Assembly: GCA_964019425.1 (NCBI GenBank)
Contig: OZ025791.1
Location: forward strand, 1,302,001-1,366,000
Direction of reading: 5' to 3'
From: Flectonema sp. DT1601
Lineage: Eukaryota
DNA length: 64,000 nucleotides
Shown: positions 55,282 through 64,000 of the stretch, one piece after another
How the letters are laid out: each line of letters begins with the position of its first letter
How positions within the stretch are numbered: position 1 is the stretch's first letter
Translations under genes and position numbers: made by a program
The notes under the pieces: model-generated
Told to the model about the DNA's origin: nothing
Seen by the model: the letters and a program-made list of their open reading frames with translations, nothing else
Database searches by the model: none

Positions 55282-58119
55282 ATGAAAGAGACGCACAACC
55301 CTGTTGTATCAAGGCTTAAAAACAGAGAGAAGAGTTTCTATTCAGGAGTGAGGGTATCACCAAGAAGCCCATGGAGGACCAGTACTGCATCTGCTGCTAT
55401 CACACCACGACTGGTAGGGACATCAAAGAAAGGCACTAATACAGATCCGGATATGGAAAATGAAATTCAGGATTTGAGACGAAAATTGAATGAACTGACA
55501 ACAGCTGGTGTGGTCTACAGAAAACAAGTCGACAACCTGTTTGGAGAGCTGCAAAATGAGGTCGCAGAAAAAAAAATTGAAATCGAAAAACTACGACTTC
55601 GACTCTCCTCATCACCACTCGCACCTACAACAGATGAACGAGAACCTCGCGAGCAACTGATAGCCTGCGTGAGTAGTCTGCGGTCTTTGTATGAATCAAA
55701 CCTAATCACACCTCAGGCATGGGAACCTTACCTTCCACTACTACAACAGATATGTAACTCTTCATCAAGTAAGTTAGTAACAACACCAGCAACTAGAGAA
55801 CGACTTGCTACACTACTTCAAGACACGAAGGTAGCTGATGCTTTTGTTTTAGATCTTGAGAAACGATTATCACAACAAGTAGAGACATCAGAGTCTTTGA
55901 AATCTGATAATAAAAAACTTCAGAAGGCGGTGCTACTTGCCGAATGCAAGTGCAAAGATCTGGAACAGCAGAAAACTATTTTGATGGACAACCAGCGTCG
56001 TGATGTTGTTACTGCTGCTGTCAATACAGAAACAGAAACGGAATCGGATTTAGATGAAATGGTGACTGATATCCCGCATTCACCAATGTCTCCACAGCAT
56101 TTGGAACTGCGTTCAGAGTTGCATGCGAAGATCTCGTCTTTGGAATTTGAAGTCAGTCGAAATACTCAACTGGAACGATCGATATCTTTATGTAATGATA
56201 CAATTAGTAGATTAGGTAATAGGGTTATCACTCTTCAGCAAGAAGCAAATAAAGTTCCTTCACTTCAGCAACAGCTATCACAGTTCCACACACAGAATTC
56301 ATTAACTCTTCAACAATATCAAGAACGAAACACATCACTCCGACTTCGATGTGATTCAGCTGAAAAAGTATCAGTTCAGCACCAAGTTAGTCTTCAAGGT
56401 TGTATTACAAAGATGTCTGAGTCTTTTCAGTTTCATTCAAAAAAAGTGAAAGACACGCAAAAAAAAACCGTAAAAACATACCTATCAACTCTGAAACTCA
56501 GACTCGCACAACGTTATTTTTCACTCTGGAAATGCGTAATTCTTCAGAATAAGATTGTGTTATTGGAAAATGGAATGTCAGCTGCATCAGGAAAAATAAA
56601 AATACTCAGAGACAGGTGCATCAATTCTGAAGCATTTCACAAGATAAAAAATGCACAAGTCCAGGCTGTTTCAAGCGAAATTCAACATGTGAACGCTGAG
56701 CGCGACAGACTCATTACGCAACTTCAAATTGAAGCCAATAAAAGAGTATCTTCATCGCAAAATTTCAAACGAACTGAATCGATTATTAAAAAAAGATCAT
56801 CGGACTTTATATCGAGAATAGTCCAACGGAGTGTACTATCAGCTCGATATGTACAGTGGAATGCGATGACTGCTATGAAAAAATCAACTCGAAAGCATGC
56901 AATGATCATTTCCGATCAGTGTTCATTAGAAATAAATTCCGTAACTGATTATAAAAACGTGATCATACTACAACAGAAAAACAAATATCAAAAATATATT
57001 TTTAATTTTGGAAATCGTGAATCGGTTTTGAAGATATTACAAAAATCATGGATGAATCTGTGGATGTTCATTCAGTTGAAAAGGGATGTGAAAAAAACAA
57101 ATTTGCATCAACAACAACGATCAAACCAACTTGAAAGATCATCCGCAAGCATCGCAGAGTTGCAACACCAAGTTCAACTCAGCTTATTTAAGTCAAAAAC
57201 TGTGGGTGCGATGACATTACATAAAAAGATAACTCAAATCCATCGATCGATATCATTTCGAAAATGGTTTTTATGGAGAACTCAAATCCAAAATGTGAAA
57301 TCTTTAATTAGAGTAAAGACAATAACACGTCGTCAAGCAACTCAACTTGGAAAAGTTATCACTGCAGGGCGTATGATTTCCACTCTTGATACGGCGAGGT
57401 TACAATATGGATATTACGGTATACTTGAGCGATGCATGTTTACCAATAAATTAAAAAAATCAGCCAAAACTATTAACATTATGCAACTCAAGTTCAACAA
57501 ATCGCTTTGCTATTGGATGAAAAAATCTGAATTATTTTTAAAAAAATTTAACGAAATTAAATTTTTGTTTAGATACTTTGTAAAATTGAAAACACACTCC
57601 GATTTTATGATACTTAAAAAAGAGTCAATTCAGAGAAACCAATCTGAAAAAAATAAAATTAAAAATAAACTAAAAACCACTTCCACCATATCATCTCTAA
57701 GACGTGATCTCCAACTGTTGATCAGGTATTATATATATTGGGTGTCAGTGGAGAGGATGAGAAAAGATAAGTTCACTCGCAAGGTACAAAAATCAGCAGG
57801 TGATTGTGAAAAGCTATTAAACGTCAGAGATCATCATATCAAGGACCTCTCTCTTAAGTTAGCCAATCAGACTACTTCTCATGAAACTTTGTTAGTAAAA
57901 TTTGACAACGATGCGTCAACAGCATTGACGGTATCGTCATCACTGTGTCGTTTATCTGCTCATTGCACTGAGCTGGGAAGGTCGCTTATTAACCTTGAGA
58001 GCGCTCTTATTGATGTTCCTGTCGATCAGCATTCATCTGATGTTCTGATTTTTATTCAATCTTGTCGGGGATGGTGGGAAGGTGTTCACCCGATTATTCC
58101 AATTGAGGGTTTAGAGTAA
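55282..58119 (+). CDS. Coiled-coil protein of unknown function
   Basis: 945-aa ORF with heptad-rich regions and Sfi1-like (F..W) repeats in the C-terminal half; acceptor TCCTACAG lies upstream. Confidence 0.75.
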   Translation: MKETHNPVVSRLKNREKSFYSGVRVSPRSPWRTSTASAAITPRLVGTSKKGTNTDPDMENEIQDLRRKLNELTTAGVVYRKQVDNLFGELQNEVAEKKIEIEKLRLRLSSSPLAPTTDEREPREQLIACVSSLRSLYESNLITPQAWEPYLPLLQQICNSSSSKLVTTPATRERLATLLQDTKVADAFVLDLEKRLSQQVETSESLKSDNKKLQKAVLLAECKCKDLEQQKTILMDNQRRDVVTAAVNTETETESDLDEMVTDIPHSPMSPQHLELRSELHAKISSLEFEVSRNTQLERSISLCNDTISRLGNRVITLQQEANKVPSLQQQLSQFHTQNSLTLQQYQERNTSLRLRCDSAEKVSVQHQVSLQGCITKMSESFQFHSKKVKDTQKKTVKTYLSTLKLRLAQRYFSLWKCVILQNKIVLLENGMSAASGKIKILRDRCINSEAFHKIKNAQVQAVSSEIQHVNAERDRLITQLQIEANKRVSSSQNFKRTESIIKKRSSDFISRIVQRSVLSARYVQWNAMTAMKKSTRKHAMIISDQCSLEINSVTDYKNVIILQQKNKYQKYIFNFGNRESVLKILQKSWMNLWMFIQLKRDVKKTNLHQQQRSNQLERSSASIAELQHQVQLSLFKSKTVGAMTLHKKITQIHRSISFRKWFLWRTQIQNVKSLIRVKTITRRQATQLGKVITAGRMISTLDTARLQYGYYGILERCMFTNKLKKSAKTINIMQLKFNKSLCYWMKKSELFLKKFNEIKFLFRYFVKLKTHSDFMILKKESIQRNQSEKNKIKNKLKTTSTISSLRRDLQLLIRYYIYWVSVERMRKDKFTRKVQKSAGDCEKLLNVRDHHIKDLSLKLANQTTSHETLLVKFDNDASTALTVSSSLCRLSAHCTELGRSLINLESALIDVPVDQHSSDVLIFIQSCRGWWEGVHPIIPIEGLE

Positions 58120-58394
58120 TCGTCTTATTTTATTTTATTTTATTTTTTATAATATTAGAAATTATTTTTTTTTTTTTAAAATCTTGTTCATTTGTTATTG
58201 TAGGGGCAGCAGTTCTTCTGGTAATGTCAGCCTTCTAAAATAATTTTTAATTTTTTTTTCCATCACCCCCTTCTAAGAACCAAATGATCGAGTAGTGACT
58301 GATAGAGGCGGAGGTTCTTATTTAGTGTTTTGTTAGCTATCCTTAATAAGATTAATTTTTATTTCAGCATCCTGTAGGTGTCAGGCATAATTAA

Positions 58395-60972
58395 ATGTCG
58401 CTGACCCCGAGGGGGGCAACCACCCCTCGACACTATCCACAGAGAAAGAGTTCATCAGTTGGAAGACGTGTCGTTAGACATTCAACAAGCACACCAGGAC
58501 CAGGTGAATACAATCAAGATCACAACACAATATATAAAGACACTGTCGAAGGATGGAGACGTCCATACGTCCATGGTAGAAGCATCTCAAGAAGTACTAT
58601 GACTGAACATAGAGCTCTTGAAGATGAAGTTGAGTATCTACAAAATAAAATAGAAGTCCTCGTTCAAGCTGGTGCAGACTATCGTCAAATGGTCGATGAA
58701 CTATTCACGACAACAAAGAACGAGGCAGAGATGAAAGATGATTCTATGAGTGGACAGTTAGAAGCTTTGGAATCCCAACTTATCAACTCTCGTAAAGACA
58801 CGGCGTCAGCTGAAGATAATATCAGTAATCTAACTAAAGAACTTTATACTTTAACAGAGGATTTGACTACTATGAAAATGAGAGCTGATGAGGCCACAGA
58901 AGCAAGAAAACGAGTAGAAGACGAACTCGAAACTTTTGCTCTCAGACACATCGAATGTGAACATCAACGTGAAAGTACTCAAAAGGTCACTCAGAGAGCT
59001 GAGGAAGACATATCAAAATTGCAAAACCAACTCCATCTTCAGCAGCAAACCTGCCGCGAATTGGAATCAACTGTTTCTCATTTACAGAAGAACGTTCATG
59101 AGACCTCTGCGGCAGTCGCTGAAAAATCAATTTTAGAAAATGAAATTGCGACCCTCCAGGAGTTAATCACAGCACTCCAAGAACGAAATGCCAGTTTGGA
59201 AATGGAAACTGCTGCTGCGAATAAGCGAACGGATCAACTTCCTTCAGCAGAAGCATATGCAGAATCTCAGAGGGTGGAACAAAACTTAAAAGATAAGATA
59301 AAAAAATTAGAAGCCTCAAAACGAGTGCTTCACTGGGACGTAGACAGGAAAAAGAAAGCAGTTTTAGAACATGAAAATACCATCGGAGAACTTCAACAAA
59401 AGGTTGCTGATCTTTTTAGTACCGGGATTGTACAGAGTAGAAAGGAATGTGAAGACGTTGGAACTGAAACGAACATCGACGAAACGGTATTTAATTATAA
59501 TCAACTCCACCAAGACTATCAACTGCTATGGCAACAGTTTCAAGAAGAACGTTCACGTGACTCAGTTATCTCACAGCTGTGTGAGGAGCTTAACGAAGAA
59601 GTTCAGAAGTTAACATCAGAAAATGCAACTCTTAAAGAAGGCTTAACAAAAATAGAATCAACTTTTGGTACCATGCTTCCACAAGATGATCCTTCAACAG
59701 AAAGTCTATTCCCATCTGAACTGTTAGATAACAGTACTCTTCAACATTCATATTTAGATGTGAGTAGGAGAGTTATTCGATCTCGAGACTCGATGACTCA
59801 AACAAATGACGTTATTGAAATGTCATCATCTCAACAACCAACAGCAGTGCAGTCTGCTGTTAGTGACGTTCGGAGTAAATATGAACTTGAGATGCAAATA
59901 TTAAAACAGAGATTTAGAGAACAAGCATTAAGTGTTTTATCGAGTTCTAAAGAACATGTTGAAGAAACTACTTATAGAAAAGTTCTTCAAGAATTGAGAA
60001 CATCAGAACGTGAAAGAGAAACAGCACAATTACTTGCTGCTGAACTATCTGAAGAGAATGATGATCTTCGTGAACACTTGAGGAGACTAGTCACAGCTGA
60101 TCCCGTCACCAAGACAGTACAAGGACTCTTAGCATCTACTATTCGTACGGCAGAGAAACGGATTAATGAAGTTCTTACAAAATATAAAAATATTATCCGA
60201 AACAGGAGTTCATTAATTCAAAGGGTTTACAATGCTTATGAAGCTGTTGAAGCTGTTGCGACTTGTTTCGGTGTTCATGTTGTTAGCGAAGGAGAAATAA
60301 CACTTTCACCTGATAAGTCAAAACAACCCACATCGTTTATTACTAAAATAACTGAGCTATTAGATACGGCTGTCTCAAATCACAAAGTAGTCATGTCTGA
60401 GTGTGTTACTCCCTGGGAAAAAACTGCTTTAGGACTCATTGACTCCAACGTTTACCCTCAAGGTGACATCGTAGCACACCTTCGAACTACTGAGGACCTG
60501 TTAAATATGTTATGGGTCACATTTACGGTTCCGAGGTATGTTCTTTTTATCTTATCTTTGCAAATTCTACTTTTGAGGAAAAAAATAAAATAAAATCCAA
60601 CTACAGAATTACTCGCAGAGATGCACAGACATACGCACCTGCTTTTATCCAGGAAGTACCGTTTACGACATCGGTATGTGTTAGGGGGGTCTGATTTGAT
60701 AAGGTACTGGGATGTGAATACTAAATAATAATACCAAACAGCTATCACCACCTCTCGTTCATATCGGTCATCAGCCACCTAATGCAGTCTCACCTCCAAG
60801 AAAACCTAGAGATGAATATCCAAATAGAATGAACAAACGGCAATATTCAAAAGAATATGATGTCAGAGAGAGAGCCAAGTTTCACTTCGGTTCTCATCAA
60901 CGTCCTAACACGAGGGTCGATCCAACTCTTGGGATGGCACCTCTTCTCTTTGATCCTGATGAGCCTTCGTGA
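58395..60972 (+). CDS. Coiled-coil protein with N-terminal STPGPG (SHIPPO-like) motif; exons 58395-60535, 60607-60673, 60742-60972
   Basis: STPGPGEY motif and long heptad repeats. Two GTATG..CAG introns (60536-60606, 60674-60741) keep the frame open to TGA 60970-60972. Confidence 0.75.
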
Positions 60973-62163
60973 TAAAATAATCTAATTGTTGGATATCAAT
61001 TTAAAGAAGTCATCTTTTTGACACGTTCGATGATTGAAAACGTCACTGAAAGCTCTCGATTTTTAAAGAAACTAAAAAAAGTTCAACCTGTAGAGCTTTT
61101 CATCATCAGTGCGGCAGTTGTTTGGTATTTTCGTAGATCACATACGTTTATTATTATTATTTCTTTTTTTTCCTTCCATAGAATTTTACTATTGAAATTT
61201 ATTCTTTTTTTCAAAAAGTTTTTTTTTTTACTCCATTCGGTTGATGAAATCAGGAAATAACAAAACGTGGGAGTCTAACCTTGTAGCCTTTTCTTTTTTC
61301 TCACTTTTTTTATTTATTCATTTTTTCAAAAAAAAAAAAAATATTAGATTATATTCCGTTTCTCTTTATTTGTTAGATTTTATTTCTTTTTCCAAGTTTC
61401 TTTTTTTTTTTTTTTTCCTCTTTTTTATTTTTTTTCTTTTTTCATACTTGCAAAGTTAATTGTCATACGAAGGGGGGAAAAAAAAAAAAAAAAAAGAAAG
61501 CATGAATGTGTGGACACAACTAAGTAACATTTTTTTTATTCAGCTTTTTTTATACAGCTTTCCTACGAGAAGGTTAGTTCTGTTTTTTTTTTTATAATTT
61601 TTTTTTTATTTATTTTATGTGTACTTTAAAAAGAGTGATTTTTTAGTGGATTTTCTCCTCACAAAAAAATAATTCCTTTTTTCAGTATATAAAACTGCTA
61701 AGTAATAGTTCGTTGCTGTGTAAGTCAAACGGAACAGTGATTGACTGCAGCGGAGCTCACTTACTTTTTTTTTTGATTAAAGTTTCTATGAAAGCGTGGC
61801 GTGATGTGTACACCGTTAAAGTATACACGTGTCACTGAAAATAACGAAGTAATCCTGTAATTTTTGTGAACAAGAAAAAAAAAAAAATGTGAATATTTCC
61901 GCAAGAAATTCTTCCACCCAAATTTAGGTGAGCGAGAATTTTTCACTGCAGCATAATTGTCTTATTGCGGCTGTTGGGTTCTCTTCGACATCGGTCCCTG
62001 CTCTTCCTCTGACAATGCTGATACAAAAAAGTAATCGCAGTCGCCATGTGATGTCTCTTATTATTTGTTATAGTGATGTATTATAACTAAACTATTCCTC
62101 CTCATCTTCATCTTCATCCTCATTCTCTTCAGTAACAATATAAAGTAAATGACTTAAAGTACA

Positions 62164-64000
62164 ATGCCGCTCTATCAGTCTCCAGAAGAGAAACAGAAAG
62201 CGAAACAGACAGCAAGAGCAACTCTAGGTGACCTATTCTCATCAAGTGGTAGTCATGCGAGGAGAACTAAGAAACCAAGGATGATCTCAAGAGCGAATCC
62301 ACTTCTAAAGACAAAAGTTAAAATGGTTGAGGCACTCACAAAGGCACATCAAATGGAAGGAGATGGTTTACTCTTGTTGTTGTACTTTCAACTATTCAAA
62401 AAGACTTGGAATAGTAGAAAAGAATTTCAAAGTTGCCCAGGTGCTAGATGCCCAGACACAGTAGTGTACGAACACAACTTTCCTCAACATTGGTACACAT
62501 ATGATAGTAAGCATGGTGAATTATTAAAGAGACCTGGTTCCTTCTTAGATACTGCTCAGATATTAAAATACTTTTCAAGACCTGTCGACAAGGATTCAGG
62601 AATCGTAGCTCAATACCTCTGTAGTCATGAGAATACAGAAACTGAAGAACTTGAAACTAGTGTTGAATTCTTTACTCAAGAAACACTTAAGGATTTTCTT
62701 CATAATCGAAAACATCGACCAGACGGAGTTTTACAGAGATTCATAACTCCGAAGGGTGAACATAATTTTCAAATTCAAGCTGTCTGGTCACCAAAAGTAA
62801 CTCTCGTGTACAAAAGAACCAATACATACCGAATGAAGGACAAGACCGTCGGAGTTTACACAAGAGCCGTAACATGCGATGGTCCTCCTCACTTTTCAAG
62901 AGAAGATCTCCTGGCGGAGAAGACAAGAGAAGAAGTAGTTAAAATATGTCAAAATTTTGTACAACACTTTAGCAGCACAGAACACAAGCCTGTTTCCAGG
63001 GTAGTCCTCTATTTTAAAGTCGATGATAAAGATTGTATTTGGATTATGTGGGCCAGCAGCCTGCGGATTGGAACATCGAAATTCAGCGCAAACCATCAAC
63101 GAATTCCACTCAATCTGTCAACTAAGTTTACTACTCCCGATGCTGAACAGCGAAAACGAAGAGAAAACGTTGAAGGGGAAGAGTTGGAAAGGAAGTTACT
63201 TTCAAAAGATGTTGAGCAGTACAGACTCTCGTCTGATTTTATGTTCGCAACAACCTTCTGTCGAGAGATAAATGAGAAGTCGAGACCGTATACAGCTAAG
63301 AAAAGAAATTTAATCGAAGCAAACAATACACATCAACCCTCACCTCCCAGGGAACCTCTTCTCCTACTCGACAGACGACCAAGAACTGCTGAGAGACCTG
63401 TCTCACCTCCTGTTAGATGTCAGTATTTCGTTACTTCTGATAGGCCTCCATTTCTTCCTAGCCCTAGGATTAATTCAGTACCACCACCTTGGTCACCAAC
63501 TAATCCTTTTCACAAACAAGTGATTCGATTAGGATTGGAAGGGTTCAGCGCTCCTGCAAAACTAACTAACCAACACAATATAAAAAGAGATCAAGTTAAG
63601 AAAATAGAAGAATCGAATATGACTTTATCACAACAAGAGCAAAACGAGTGGGAAACTGGTTGGTGGTGTGCAACCGAAAAGTCTGAACGAGAGTACAGAG
63701 AGTTATTAAGAAATGAAGAACAAGTAAGAAGTTGGGGAAAAGATCAATTATATCACATGTACAGTCACACACTAAATCACGGAATGCAGAAACCCTATTA
63801 CTTACAACCTCCTCAAGAGATTTGGCAACTCCTATGTTCAAATGATAACACGAGATATGCTGAAGAAGTGATGGCAGCACTCGGTCTTAAAGAACACGAT
63901 GTTGATGATGACTTTTCAGATAGCCGAGTCCCTACTTTCTACTACTGCGGGTATGGTTGCTCAGCTCACATCAACTCTGCTGGAGCTAATATTACTCAAC
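62164..64000 (+). CDS. Hypothetical protein, 3'-truncated by window edge (absent from ORF track)
   Basis: ATG at 62164 after the acceptor CATTCTCTTCAG. The frame was open in the stretches I translated and at the window end. It contains globular-looking motifs CPDTVVYEHNFPQHWY and GVLQRFITPKGEHNFQIQAVWSP. Confidence 0.75.
   Translation, partial: MPLYQSPEEKQKAKQTARATLGDLFSSSGSHARRTKKPRMISRANPLLKTKVKMVEALTKAHQMEGDGLLLLLYFQLFKKTWNSRKEFQSCPGARCPDTVVYEHNFPQHWYTYDSKHGELLKRPGSFLDTAQILKYFSRPVDKDSGIVAQYLCSHENTETEELETSVEFFTQETLKDFLHNRKHRPDGVLQRFITPKGEHNFQIQAVWSPKVTLVYKRTNTYRMKDKTVGVYTRAVTCDGPPHFSREDLLAEKTREEVVKICQNFVQHFSSTEHKPVSRVVLYFKVDDKDCIWIMWASSLRIGTSKFSANHQRIPLNLSTKFTTPDAEQRKRRENVEGEELERKLLSKDVEQYRLSSDFMFATTFCREINEKSRPYTAKKRNLIEANNTHQPSPPREPLLLLDRRPRTAERPVSPPVRCQYFVTSDRPPFLPSPRINSVPPPWSPTNPFHKQVIRLGLEGFSAPAKLTNQHNIKRDQVKKIEESNMTLSQQEQNEWETGWWCATEKSEREYRELLRNEEQVRSWGKDQLYHMYSHTLNHGMQKPYYLQPPQEIWQLLCSNDNTRYAEEVMAALGLKEHDVDDDFSDSRVPTFYYCGYGCSAHINSAGANITQ

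Noticed and set aside
1..64000. CRISPR arrays, rRNA or intact tRNA genes; genome-wide stop-codon reassignment
   Set aside because: No regularly spaced repeat-spacer arrays or canonical RNA genes were seen. Host genes terminate normally at TAA, TAG and TGA.

Overview
AT-rich eukaryotic genomic DNA. All recognisable host genes lie on the + strand, most have a pyrimidine-rich AG shortly before the ATG (putative trans-splice acceptors), and several have short GT-AG introns. Together with a PTS2-bearing (glycosomal-type) aldolase and amastin-like genes, this suggests a euglenozoan, probably a diplonemid (inference). Host genes: LRR protein, ankyrin-TPR protein, two amastin/claudin-like 4TM proteins, a 2,000-aa IQ-repeat protein, two PAN/Apple-domain proteins, MKT1, tandem aldolases, three copies of a multi-TM protein, PIBF1/CEP90, a METTL21-like methyltransferase, two related coiled-coil proteins and a gene running off the right edge. 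The most striking element is an apparently intact non-LTR retrotransposon (about 25.06-31.33 kb). Its ORF1 and APE-RT-RNase H ORF2 are in the same frame, separated only by a UAG in a TMV-type readthrough context (UAG-CAA-UCA). A 2A-like NPG/P motif follows, placed exactly at the endonuclease N-terminus, suggesting tandem recoding (readthrough plus StopGo). The 35-52 kb region is a recently rearranged segmental duplication with TIR elements, a micro-inversion, a chimeric pseudogene and a short insert carrying a hammerhead-like core.
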